From: a virus
Virus record (IMG/VR): IMGVR_UViG_3300033146_001643
Coordinates: 12,984 to 76,983 of that record
DNA: 64,000 nucleotides
Direction: 5' to 3' (one strand)
Position 1 is the stretch's first letter, and each line of letters begins with the position of its first letter. This document shows positions 51,313-61,314 of this stretch, one piece after another. The position numbers and the translations under genes were made by a program. The notes beneath the pieces are model-generated. The model saw nothing but the letters and a program-made list of their open reading frames with translations. It was not told the origin of the DNA and ran no database searches.

Positions 51313-52821
51313 ATGAGTGATTACAAATTATTACCATTCCAACTAACAACTGCGAAAAGTTGGTCTGGGCTTACTAAAGAAGAACATTTCACTAATGTAT
51401 TTGGGCAAGACCCAATTTATATTGATAAAACAGTAACAATGTTGCATCATGTAAACGAAGGTGGTAATTTACTACGCTACTTAGACCAGTTCCCAACAGT
51501 TGAAATAGATGAAGATAGACCTTATAGATGGAAATTAGCTGGTAGAACTAGAAGAAAAATATCATTACTTAGAGCGTGGGAAGATTTAGCTGGTACTGTT
51601 CCTGTTGGAACTACTAATGCTAGACCTGGTTTTAATGGTACTAGATTTTATATGGATTTTCCAGAACATTACTTCACGGTAACTCATGTTATTGTTGGTG
51701 ATAATCCAAATTTATTCCACTTAAGAGTTATGGCTGATGCTGTACAAGTTGGTAAAAATTGGAGATATGAAATGCAGTTAGTTACTAATTCTGATTCACA
51801 CTTTATTCCTGTTAGTAAATTAATAGCTGGTAGTGAGTGGAGTATTCATTATTCAATTAGTGAACAAACTCTTAGTAAAGAGGCTTCTGATATTGGATTT
51901 ACATCTCCATTTGATATGGAAAATAGTATTTCAATGTTAAGAAAACGACATGTTGTTCCTGGTAATATGATTGATAAAGGTAAAAATAAACCTTTACTTT
52001 TCTTATTTAAAGACCCTGAAACAGGTAGTGTTAGAAAATCTTGGATTGCTGAAATAGATTATCAATTTACTAAACAATTTGATGAAGAATTAGCATCACT
52101 AATTTATTATGGTAAATCTACAGTTAGAGAAGATGGTACTACTACTATGAAAGGTGGGAGTGGTAATTCGTTGAGAGCTGGTTATGGTATACAAGAACAA
52201 TTTTCACCATCTAATAAGTATTATTATACTAAAATGACTATGGAATATTTAACTAAAGTTATGTTAGAGATTTCGTATAATAAAATTAGACGTGAAGACA
52301 GAAATTTTACAATCGCAACTGGTGAGTGGGGACTTAAAATGTTACATGAAATGTGTGTTGCTGAATTAGGTGCTAATGATTACAGCTGGTTACAAGATAC
52401 TACTGGCAGAGCATTTTCTTGGGACGGTAATAACTTATCTGTTAAAATGGGGCAATTTGTTGGTTATGCAACTATAAATGGTATTAATGTTAAATTTATG
52501 TATATGCCATCTTATGATGATAATATTACTAATAAAATTGAACACCCAGATGGAGGTATAGCTTCTTCTTATAGATTAACTATTATGGATATGGGGTCTA
52601 AATCAGAACCTAATATTCAAAAAGTCAGAATTAAAGGACAATCTCCAGCATTTACTTATATACCTGGTTTACGTAATCCTTATGATAAAGGTGGTAAAGG
52701 AAAACTTATAAGTGCAGCATCAGAAGTTGATGGTTATACATTGAATAAAGCAGATTGGGTTGGTGGTCGAGTAAAAGACCCAACTAGAATTGTAGAGTTC
52801 ATTCCAGCAATATTGAAATAA
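51313..52821 (+). CDS. Major capsid protein
   Basis: 502 aa; WSGLT..H, Y.WKL.G, TGEWG, YIPGLRNP; synteny; strongly biased codon usage. Confidence 0.9.
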   Translation: MSDYKLLPFQLTTAKSWSGLTKEEHFTNVFGQDPIYIDKTVTMLHHVNEGGNLLRYLDQFPTVEIDEDRPYRWKLAGRTRRKISLLRAWEDLAGTVPVGTTNARPGFNGTRFYMDFPEHYFTVTHVIVGDNPNLFHLRVMADAVQVGKNWRYEMQLVTNSDSHFIPVSKLIAGSEWSIHYSISEQTLSKEASDIGFTSPFDMENSISMLRKRHVVPGNMIDKGKNKPLLFLFKDPETGSVRKSWIAEIDYQFTKQFDEELASLIYYGKSTVREDGTTTMKGGSGNSLRAGYGIQEQFSPSNKYYYTKMTMEYLTKVMLEISYNKIRREDRNFTIATGEWGLKMLHEMCVAELGANDYSWLQDTTGRAFSWDGNNLSVKMGQFVGYATINGINVKFMYMPSYDDNITNKIEHPDGGIASSYRLTIMDMGSKSEPNIQKVRIKGQSPAFTYIPGLRNPYDKGGKGKLISAASEVDGYTLNKADWVGGRVKDPTRIVEFIPAILK

Positions 52822-52846
52822 TAATAATTTTTAAAACCACTATATA

Positions 52847-53731
52847 ATGAACAAATTTGCATTACCATTAAATAAAGTAATTGTATTAGTTCCTATAGTA
52901 AGGAAAAAAAGCTTTATGGGAAAGCCTAAGCATGATGGAGTATTCATGTATACAGGAACTAGTATAAACTTTGTTTTACCAAAATCATCAAGTACAGGTA
53001 AACATGTAGACCCATTAACAAAGGAAGAAAGAGAATTTTTAGAAAAAGAATTATCTATTAATTTAAACATACATCAAAAAGGTAAATATGAAAAAGGGAA
53101 ATTAATTTCTGGGAACATATACGATACTTATAATATCACAGTTAAAAAATCTAGTGAAGATTTAAGTAAGTTAAAATTAACTTTACATATAAGTGAAAGT
53201 GCCGAGGATTATCTTAAATATAAGATTTTACTTAAATGTCCTAATGTAGCCCCAGCTTGGGAAAATAGAAATGATACACCAGAATATGAATGGGCGTTAC
53301 GTGATAAAAATGAAGAATTTGTAGAAAAACAAAATATAGCACAATTACGTAGAGAAGCTTATATTTGGTTTAGTAAAATAGCTGGGAATAAAACTAAATT
53401 AATAGACTATTTAAGACAACTTGGAGAAAATGTTGATAATGGTAGTACATTATCTGAATTAGAGCCTTTAGTTGATAATTATTTACAAGACAATTATAGA
53501 GTTAGAAAAGTAATAGAATTAATAAGAGATAAAAGTATAGATGACAGAATTTTTCTTGATAAAGCTATTAGAGTAGGAGCTATTAAACATTCTTCTATAG
53601 GCAAATATACTAATATACATGGTGAAATACTTGGGAACAACAGAGATGAGGTAATTACATTTTTTAAAGATAAAGTAAATAGCGTGTTCGTTAATAGTAT
53701 TAAAGATAAAATATTAAGTCAAAAATTATAA
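52847..53731 (+). CDS. Conserved crAss-like head-module protein (gene after MCP)
   Basis: Synteny; LT.EE..FLE..L and DYLKYKIL motifs. Confidence 0.7.
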   Translation: MNKFALPLNKVIVLVPIVRKKSFMGKPKHDGVFMYTGTSINFVLPKSSSTGKHVDPLTKEEREFLEKELSINLNIHQKGKYEKGKLISGNIYDTYNITVKKSSEDLSKLKLTLHISESAEDYLKYKILLKCPNVAPAWENRNDTPEYEWALRDKNEEFVEKQNIAQLRREAYIWFSKIAGNKTKLIDYLRQLGENVDNGSTLSELEPLVDNYLQDNYRVRKVIELIRDKSIDDRIFLDKAIRVGAIKHSSIGKYTNIHGEILGNNRDEVITFFKDKVNSVFVNSIKDKILSQKL

Positions 53732-53734
53732 AAC

Positions 53735-54484
53735 ATGACGGCAAACGAAATGAGAAACTTAGCTAAAGAGCTATATGATGGTGCAAGTTCAGTTGAGATG
53801 GGTTATGATGATAGAGAAGTATCTAGGTTTCTCAACGTAGCTGTTAAGCTTGAATTAGATAAAAGAATATTTGCTAATAGAAACCAAGTACAAGAGGGAG
53901 TAGAAATTGGTAGTAAGCGAGGTTTAGAGCTTACAGAGCTAAAGAAAAAAGTTAGTGTATATAAATTACCAGATGGTAGTTATCAACAAGAACTTGAAAC
54001 TATTACTAATGTTGGGTTTATTGGTAAAGATTCTTTTGACAATGGGTGTATAGTAAATTTACCTTCTGACTTCATGTATCATCTTAGAGATAATGCTGAT
54101 ATTAAATATAAAAATAAAATATACAGGGTAAAAATAGAAAGTGTTAATGAAGATAATTTAGAAGAGGAATTAACTAATACATATAAAAGACCTACTAAGT
54201 ATAAAGCACTGAGAACTTCAATGGCTAAAGGTATTTTGCCAGATTCATATAGATTAAAACTTTATATAGTTGACGGAGCTGAATTATACAAATACAATTT
54301 AGTATATATACGTAAGCCAATTGATATAGTTGTTGATATACTTACACCTATAAATCAAGTTAATTGCGACATAGATGAAGCATTGCATATAGCAATAGTA
54401 AAAACAGCAGTGCAAATTATGTTGGGCAGCATTGGTAGTAATAAATACCAGATAGCTGTAAATGAAAATATGAATAATAATTAA
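53735..54484 (+). CDS. Head-tail ring/adaptor protein
   Basis: MT..EM, GY...E.S.FLN, E...KR..EL..L, Y...YIRKP, C.....H..IV..AV. Confidence 0.75.
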   Translation: MTANEMRNLAKELYDGASSVEMGYDDREVSRFLNVAVKLELDKRIFANRNQVQEGVEIGSKRGLELTELKKKVSVYKLPDGSYQQELETITNVGFIGKDSFDNGCIVNLPSDFMYHLRDNADIKYKNKIYRVKIESVNEDNLEEELTNTYKRPTKYKALRTSMAKGILPDSYRLKLYIVDGAELYKYNLVYIRKPIDIVVDILTPINQVNCDIDEALHIAIVKTAVQIMLGSIGSNKYQIAVNENMNNN

Positions 54485-54498
54485 ATAATTAAATAATT

Positions 54499-55761
54499 AT
54501 GCAAGATTTAGTTAATGGTACATATTTATATGTGCTTAAAGATATAGCTAGACAAGCTACATCAATTTTAGATGACTCGGTAGCTACATACCTTAAAGAA
54601 GGTGAAGCTGTTATTGCTGACGCATCTGGGAAATTACTTACTACTACTGCTGCTTCTTATACTGGGAAAGATGAAATGTATGTTTATTACATGAAAGGTG
54701 GTAAAGTAATCAAAAGTCCAGTATTATCAGCTAGTAATTTAAAAGAATACAAAGTAGTACCTTATGAAGCTACTGTACAAAAAGTAGTCTATGTTGGTTA
54801 TAATGGTACAGATGGTTGTTTAGAAAATAACACTTTTATTCCTGGGACTGATTATATGGTAACATTAAAACAAAATTCTATGTTAGGGCACGTAGAAGAT
54901 AATATTAGAAAAATTAGAATTGGTAGTTATTATAATGAATTAATAACATCTGGTGAAGCAAAAGTAGCTGCTGGTTTAGTCAAATCTTTAGTAGAGAATT
55001 TAACTGATTCACACAATGCTACTAATTATGCTAATGTTACTATGGTAGCATCTGGAGCATCAACTGCTGCAACTGCCGCATTAAAATTTACTAATGGTAG
55101 TGAATTAGCTATTGGAACGGCTGCCCATGGTATTACTGCTGGTATGTATATTAGAATGTCTACTACACTTACTGATGCAGTTTATAAAGTAAAGGAAGTT
55201 ACTACTAAAACTATCACATTAGATACACCATTTCAAGGAGTTAGTGCATCTGTTACAGTTCGCAGAATTACAACACCTGCTACATCAGCATTTGGTTTAA
55301 AATTTATTGGTAATACTGCTAAATTTGCAGTTGGTAAATTTAATTATGATATATCTAATTTTACTATATTATTAACTAATTTTGATGATACATTAGTAAG
55401 AACAGCTACAGCTCCTAATATTGGTAACGGTATATGGAAACAAGTCGCTGAATTAGAGTGGGAACTAGAACAATCAGAAGGTTATACTAATCGTAGAGAT
55501 TCTATATCTTCAGTTAGAACAATTTTAACTGACAGTTCTAAATGTTATGATTTATTATCATTAAGTACGGCTAATAATAAACATACAGGGTTAAATGAGA
55601 AAATCGTAAGTCCTTATACTATTATATTTGCTATTCCGCAAGCCTGTACACAAGGCGATGCTGCTGGGAGTGCTACTGTTGCACCTGGCATTGCTACCGC
55701 ACTAGATTTATGGTTAACTGCTAATTTACCTGGTACATATAATGAAGATGCAAAATTGTAA
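54499..55761 (+). CDS. Virion structural protein (auxiliary capsid-like)
   Basis: Ala/Thr-rich, G.G.W.QVAELE motif, followed by a strong terminator. Confidence 0.65.
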   Translation: MQDLVNGTYLYVLKDIARQATSILDDSVATYLKEGEAVIADASGKLLTTTAASYTGKDEMYVYYMKGGKVIKSPVLSASNLKEYKVVPYEATVQKVVYVGYNGTDGCLENNTFIPGTDYMVTLKQNSMLGHVEDNIRKIRIGSYYNELITSGEAKVAAGLVKSLVENLTDSHNATNYANVTMVASGASTAATAALKFTNGSELAIGTAAHGITAGMYIRMSTTLTDAVYKVKEVTTKTITLDTPFQGVSASVTVRRITTPATSAFGLKFIGNTAKFAVGKFNYDISNFTILLTNFDDTLVRTATAPNIGNGIWKQVAELEWELEQSEGYTNRRDSISSVRTILTDSSKCYDLLSLSTANNKHTGLNEKIVSPYTIIFAIPQACTQGDAAGSATVAPGIATALDLWLTANLPGTYNEDAKL

Positions 55762-55774
55762 TCTAAATATACAT

Positions 55775-55807
55775 AAAACAACTAGGGTAATACCTAGTTG
55801 TTTTTAT
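55775..55807 (+). terminator. Intrinsic terminator
   Basis: AAAACAACTAGG-gtaata-CCTAGTTGTTTTT. Confidence 0.88.
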
Positions 55808-55818
55808 AATTATAATAT

Positions 55819-56391
55819 ATGAAAAGCTTAAAATCAAGAGTAACACTTGTAGAAGATGCAATACTAAAGTTATGGGCTAAAGTAAGTAGCGGTATAACAG
55901 TAACTGTAACAGCTTTTAATGAACCTTTAAAATTTATACGCAATGGAGCATTATCAGATGTAGTTGAAGATACTACAACACCTGCTAATAATGTACCATT
56001 ACCAGTAAAACTAACAGGAACAACAGGAGACATTAATATAACAGCAGGTGATTTGAATGTACAATTATCACATATAGGAACTAATTATGATAGCACTAGA
56101 ATAGGAGATGGTGCAGATTTATTAGGAATTAACAGTGATGGTAGCATTAATATAGTCGCTAGTAGTGTACAACAAGTACCTACTAAAAATACAGTAACAA
56201 CTAGTGGAATAGTTATATCAGGAGTTACCAGTGTTACATTTATAACAAGTTCTAATTTTATTGGGACTATTCTGGGTGATATAGCACAAGCCAATGGTAT
56301 ATATACATATACAGCTAAAATGAATAATACTTTAGCTCAACTTTCATATACAGTTAATACTGGTAGTATGGAAATAATGGAGGTACGATAA
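55819..56391 (+). CDS. Virion/fibre-associated protein
   Basis: 190 aa, Thr/Gly/Val-rich. Confidence 0.55.
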   Translation: MKSLKSRVTLVEDAILKLWAKVSSGITVTVTAFNEPLKFIRNGALSDVVEDTTTPANNVPLPVKLTGTTGDINITAGDLNVQLSHIGTNYDSTRIGDGADLLGINSDGSINIVASSVQQVPTKNTVTTSGIVISGVTSVTFITSSNFIGTILGDIAQANGIYTYTAKMNNTLAQLSYTVNTGSMEIMEVR

Positions 56392-58052
56392 TGGGGTTAA
56401 CAGATTTTCAATTACTATCTACTGGTGAACCTATACGATTAACATATAGCGAACTAGTTACATTACGTGATACATCTAAATTAGATATTGGGAGACAATA
56501 TATAACTATTGATACAAGAACTAAATATTCACAACCAGTTACAGGAGTATTAAAGGAAGCACCAATAGAAGAATTAATACATATTGCACTGGGTATAAAT
56601 AAATTAAGTACTAGAGTATATAGTGTTGATTATCCACAAGATATTATAAACTATGATATTGATGATAATGTAGTGGAAACATCTATTTCAGAACATACTT
56701 ATACTACTGTAGATTTAACCCCTTCACACCCATTCCCAGTTAACATAGTTACTGACTGGTCTGGTATGACTGGGGTAGGAGCTACTACTACATTATTTTT
56801 AAAAATAGCTGGGTTTAGTAGTGCGTGTATTATTTATACCGATTCAGCTTTTTCTAATGCGGTTGCATCTATTAGTATTAGTGGTACAGGTATAAAAACT
56901 GTAACTGAACTAAATGCTTCTGGATATGGGGGAACAGTAATCGGTGCAGCAGTTCCAGGCGATAGTGCTGATAGAAAAGCTCGATTGGATATAACTAATG
57001 TAACAGTATATCCAAGTAGAACTGGTAAAATTTATTACAGGGAAGATACTATAACAGGAAATAATACTGGTTATGATTGGAGACACGTATTTTTTGCTCG
57101 CTTTAAATGTAATCATAATAAATATAATAGTACTATAACTTATGTAGAGAAAGATTTAATAAGGATTGCTGGAGACGGTATTTATATATCCGTTGAAAAT
57201 AATAATTTTAATAATGCTCCAGCAAGTAGTCCAAATAAATGGTATAAGATATTAGATTTAAGTAATACCGCTTATTTAGGTACAACTACAAATGTTAATA
57301 ATATATCATTTGATATTACTGATTATATTGAAGTACCTACATTTTGGATATTAGGTGAAGAAACTAACACTACTGGAATAGTTAATGGTACAGGTGTATA
57401 TGGGGGAATGGCAGAAGCTGGGTTTTATAATTATACTATAAAATCTACTTACATTGCTGAAAATATCCTTAATTATTGGGGTGGTGATGCTAGTACTTAT
57501 TCTTATTGTAATACTGTTTTTATGCTTATTCCTGATTGGGAAAATGAGACGTTTGCTGGATTTATAACTATTGGCACGTCAAGAAATACTGAAGAGCTGG
57601 CTTTGTCTAAAGAGAATACTTTTATTATTAATAATAAACAAAGTAACATATATATAAATACAGCTATACAGAATATCGGTGATTTTTCTGGCGGTGATGT
57701 TAATATTAATATATTTATGAATAATACTATTTATAATAGTAAGTTTGAAGGCTATTTTCAAAAAATAATTTCAAATTATTTTTTTAATACGTATATTTCT
57801 GGGATATTGAATATCTCTAATAGTATTCTTTATTATATATGTAATACTAATAATCTAATAAGTATTAATAACTGCATTATTGATAATTTATGCCATATAT
57901 TTGGTGATGAATTAAGTAACTTAAATTTAAAAGATGCTACTATAATAAAAACAGCTTACACTAAACAATTATTTATTGATACTGCTAGTACATTAAAATT
58001 ATCATATATAGATAGTAGTAACACAATACAATATGTATTGCCAACTGCATAA
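56391..58052 (+). CDS. Tail fibre/spike-like protein (mosaic; chitin-binding-like module, Asn/Ile-rich beta-helix-like C-terminus)
   Basis: TYSELVTL...YPQDII.YD, G.IYYRED..NN..YDWR, YNSTITY...IY.S...N...P...W. Confidence 0.6.
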   Translation: MGLTDFQLLSTGEPIRLTYSELVTLRDTSKLDIGRQYITIDTRTKYSQPVTGVLKEAPIEELIHIALGINKLSTRVYSVDYPQDIINYDIDDNVVETSISEHTYTTVDLTPSHPFPVNIVTDWSGMTGVGATTTLFLKIAGFSSACIIYTDSAFSNAVASISISGTGIKTVTELNASGYGGTVIGAAVPGDSADRKARLDITNVTVYPSRTGKIYYREDTITGNNTGYDWRHVFFARFKCNHNKYNSTITYVEKDLIRIAGDGIYISVENNNFNNAPASSPNKWYKILDLSNTAYLGTTTNVNNISFDITDYIEVPTFWILGEETNTTGIVNGTGVYGGMAEAGFYNYTIKSTYIAENILNYWGGDASTYSYCNTVFMLIPDWENETFAGFITIGTSRNTEELALSKENTFIINNKQSNIYINTAIQNIGDFSGGDVNINIFMNNTIYNSKFEGYFQKIISNYFFNTYISGILNISNSILYYICNTNNLISINNCIIDNLCHIFGDELSNLNLKDATIIKTAYTKQLFIDTASTLKLSYIDSSNTIQYVLPTA

Positions 58053-58063
58053 TATTAAATATA

Positions 58064-59470
58064 ATGGGAACTAAAACACAAGCTATACCATATAATGAAT
58101 ACACTACAGCTGAAATTGCTGCGTTAACTAATATGGTAAAAGGAGAAATTGTTATAAATACAACAACACATTTAAGAGAAACGTATAATGGTAGTTCATG
58201 GATAAGTGAGACTAAAGCTGGTACTGGATTATTTGGTGATGTAGTAGGTGGAAATTATGCTGCGTTTGAAGCAGATGGTACTTTAGTATTTTATGGTGCT
58301 GCTACTATGTGGGAAAACTTACAAGTAAATGTTAATTCACTCCCTGTATCTGGAACACGCTCACCAGAAAGAGTAATAATAGCTAATGATGGCACAACTA
58401 CAATAGGACACGCTATGAGTTTTGACGGGGGTAATGATAATGGTACAGTTGCTTATTATGCTGGTATGGATACAACTAATTTAACTATAGCCATGTGGAT
58501 AAAACCTAATGTTGTTAATAATATTGAGTTATTGGATAGAAATATACCCAATGGGTTTGAATTTTATATAGATAACGGAAATTTGATTTTTGCACCGAGA
58601 GGTGGTACTAGAGTAACTGCTAATGGCATAATAGCTGGAGCAACTCAGTTTATTGTAGCAACGGCTAGAGTTGAAGGTAGTAATTTACGATGTAAATTAT
58701 ATATAAACGGAACTTCAGTAGCTGAACAAGTAATAGCCGCATCTTTAGCACAAGCATCTGGTGGGTATATTATAGGCGAATATAAAAGTGGTGGTTGGAA
58801 TTATGACGGTATTATAGATAACTTACAAACATATACAATAGTATTAACTGATGCTCAAATATTAGAGTTATATAATAATGGTGCTGGAACTAATAATTTG
58901 CCTACAGGTATAACGGCTAGTAAAAGTTTAATAATGTTCTTTCAAGATGATTTAATTAATCAAACAACTATGCTAGGAGCGTTAAATTTAGTACAGCATG
59001 GATTTACCTTTGTAGATGGCTTAGTTGGAATAACGTCTGGTAGTTTTGGTGTTACTGCTTTAAAATTTAAGGCTACATCTATAACAGAAATATTTTTTAC
59101 AGCTCAATTACCTCATTCTTATAAAGAGGGGACTGATATAGAGCCTCATAGTCATTGGGGTAAAATCGGTACTGCTACTGGTAACGTTCATTGGGGATTT
59201 GAATATATCTGGGTAAATGTTTCTGGTACTTTTAATAATACTAGTATAATTACAGCAAATCTTACTCCAAGTATTTCTAAAAAGCATGATGCAACCAATA
59301 TAGCAACATTAACTGGAACTGATAAAAAAATTAGTTCTATATTAATGTGTAGATTATATCGAGACCCCACTAATGTGGGTGATACATTTAATGATGATAT
59401 ATATTTGTATGATTTTGATTTTCATTTTCAACGGAATACATTAGGTTCACGCACTACGTGGGTAAAATAA
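58064..59470 (+). CDS. Fibre protein with LamG/concanavalin-like domain
   Basis: AMSFDG, TIAMWIK, KLYING, IIG, YDG.IDN.Q.Y...LTDAQI..LY; C-terminal QLPHSYKEGTDI.PH.HW. Confidence 0.8.
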   Translation: MGTKTQAIPYNEYTTAEIAALTNMVKGEIVINTTTHLRETYNGSSWISETKAGTGLFGDVVGGNYAAFEADGTLVFYGAATMWENLQVNVNSLPVSGTRSPERVIIANDGTTTIGHAMSFDGGNDNGTVAYYAGMDTTNLTIAMWIKPNVVNNIELLDRNIPNGFEFYIDNGNLIFAPRGGTRVTANGIIAGATQFIVATARVEGSNLRCKLYINGTSVAEQVIAASLAQASGGYIIGEYKSGGWNYDGIIDNLQTYTIVLTDAQILELYNNGAGTNNLPTGITASKSLIMFFQDDLINQTTMLGALNLVQHGFTFVDGLVGITSGSFGVTALKFKATSITEIFFTAQLPHSYKEGTDIEPHSHWGKIGTATGNVHWGFEYIWVNVSGTFNNTSIITANLTPSISKKHDATNIATLTGTDKKISSILMCRLYRDPTNVGDTFNDDIYLYDFDFHFQRNTLGSRTTWVK

Positions 59471-59481
59471 ATTTAATTACA

Positions 59482-60129
59482 ATGACATATTTAAAAGAAA
59501 TATTATTAATAGCCCTACCTATATTAGTGGGGCTAACTACAGCAACAATGCAAAGAGTGTGGTTACGATACAAAACTAATAAGTTCAAGTTAACTGACCA
59601 CCCATTATTTACAGATTTATCTACAAGCATATCTGAATTATATTCCTGGCAACCTAAAGAAAGCAGGGTTGTATTTATAGACGCTTTAAGAATTAAATTT
59701 AGAGCTTGGAAAATTGGTGGTTTAGAATTAGCTACTACATTACAAAAAAATGCTTATTCTAATACACAATTAAAAAATACTGTTATTATATGGGCAACTG
59801 ATACTGTTAATACATATACTAAATCATGGGAAGAAACTGGTATTCCGCCTAAAGTAATTGGGCGTATATCAGAAATTCATCAAGAGAAGGTAGAACAATT
59901 TATACAGGAAGTAAAAAATATTACATATAATAATGATATGTATCCATTTAAAATGCAGAAATGTATTGCTATATTCGATTTATTAAGATTATTATTATCT
60001 GATACAAAAAATGATTTTAATAGGTTAATACATAGAGAACGTTATAATGGGGCATTTAAAGGTTGTTTATATAAAAAAGTACCTTTAAATGATGATGAAT
60101 ATAAAGAGTATTTATTAAAACTTGAATAA
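59482..60129 (+). CDS. N-terminally membrane-anchored protein (holin-like candidate)
   Basis: Single hydrophobic segment ILLIALPILVGLTTA, then HPLF; likely start MTYL at 59482. Confidence 0.45.
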   Translation: MTYLKEILLIALPILVGLTTATMQRVWLRYKTNKFKLTDHPLFTDLSTSISELYSWQPKESRVVFIDALRIKFRAWKIGGLELATTLQKNAYSNTQLKNTVIIWATDTVNTYTKSWEETGIPPKVIGRISEIHQEKVEQFIQEVKNITYNNDMYPFKMQKCIAIFDLLRLLLSDTKNDFNRLIHRERYNGAFKGCLYKKVPLNDDEYKEYLLKLE

Positions 60130-61051
60130 TATGACACGAACTATAAATTTAGAATTAATCCAGGATAAGGATACCAATATAATTATATACGATGGGTCTA
60201 ACGAAGGTAATACTACTATAGATTGGTTACCTGTTGATAAGATAACTAGCATATATTTTTCATTTTTAGGTACGTCAGATAATTTAACCCACACAAAAAC
60301 CTTTATAATGGATAATAGCAATAAAGCTATTACTATTAGTAATATAGATTATTCAGGTAATGATTTTAGTACTTATCTAGCTGACAAGACTACAACATTT
60401 ATTATAAATGGAGAACAACGAGAGGTACATTTGCTAACTAATATTCCTAATATATCAGCATTGGTTATTGAATTAAATAATCAATTAACTGGATTAGCAG
60501 TTGTTACTGCTTTTGGTAATAGATTAAAAATAGCAACAATAACAACTGGCAGTACAGCGAGTATACAAATATTAACTGGTACACTTAATGGAGTTATTGG
60601 GTTAGAGGAAGGTATTTATAGAGGAAATGATATTTATTGGAATACTGCTAATATAACAAGAAGAGATTTATTATATGTTATATATCCAGAAGATATGGGG
60701 TTTGTTGATGAGTTTCCTATAAGTAAATGGGATATTACTTATACTGTATCACATACAGATATAACAACACCTATAATAAATGTTAGCTATACAGAATATA
60801 CTTTTAAACAAATAGAGTTATATAGGGCATTAACGTTAGAGCATTATGCTAAAACTCTGCCTGCATTTACAGAGGTAGAACAACGATTACTTACTGATTA
60901 CGAAGTACATATAAACTCATTTATAGTATTTGATAGTGCTTATAAAGCATTTAAAGCTGCTATAAATGTTGGGAATTATCTTGTAGTAGATAAATTATTA
61001 CTATATTTGTCTGACTATATAAAAAATAACCCATTAATACTTGATGTATGA
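60122..61051 (+). CDS. Tail structural protein
   Basis: Position; beta-rich, with LNNQL...TTGSTASIQI..G...LGL module. Confidence 0.55.
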   Translation: MNNMTRTINLELIQDKDTNIIIYDGSNEGNTTIDWLPVDKITSIYFSFLGTSDNLTHTKTFIMDNSNKAITISNIDYSGNDFSTYLADKTTTFIINGEQREVHLLTNIPNISALVIELNNQLTGLAVVTAFGNRLKIATITTGSTASIQILTGTLNGVIGLEEGIYRGNDIYWNTANITRRDLLYVIYPEDMGFVDEFPISKWDITYTVSHTDITTPIINVSYTEYTFKQIELYRALTLEHYAKTLPAFTEVEQRLLTDYEVHINSFIVFDSAYKAFKAAINVGNYLVVDKLLLYLSDYIKNNPLILDV

Positions 61052-61314
61052 CATTTAGAGAAGAATTACAATATATAAGTGAATTACAATATGATATAAG
61101 CGAATTTGCTAAAGATGTAATTAATTGTGTTAAACCATTTGTTAAGAAACAGTTAGATTTAAGATTATATTTATTAACCGAGTTAGTAGAATTAATAGAA
61201 ATTAATAGTAGTACTCCAGCTTACGTTAAAATATTAACCGCAGTAGAACTAACTAATATACAAATAGCTATTAATGCTATAATTAATAAAAATTATGCTT
61301 ACAAATTTGAATAA
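61048..61314 (+). CDS. Hypothetical (tail module) protein
   Basis: 88 aa, ATGA overlap. Confidence 0.6.
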   Translation: MTFREELQYISELQYDISEFAKDVINCVKPFVKKQLDLRLYLLTELVELIEINSSTPAYVKILTAVELTNIQIAINAIINKNYAYKFE

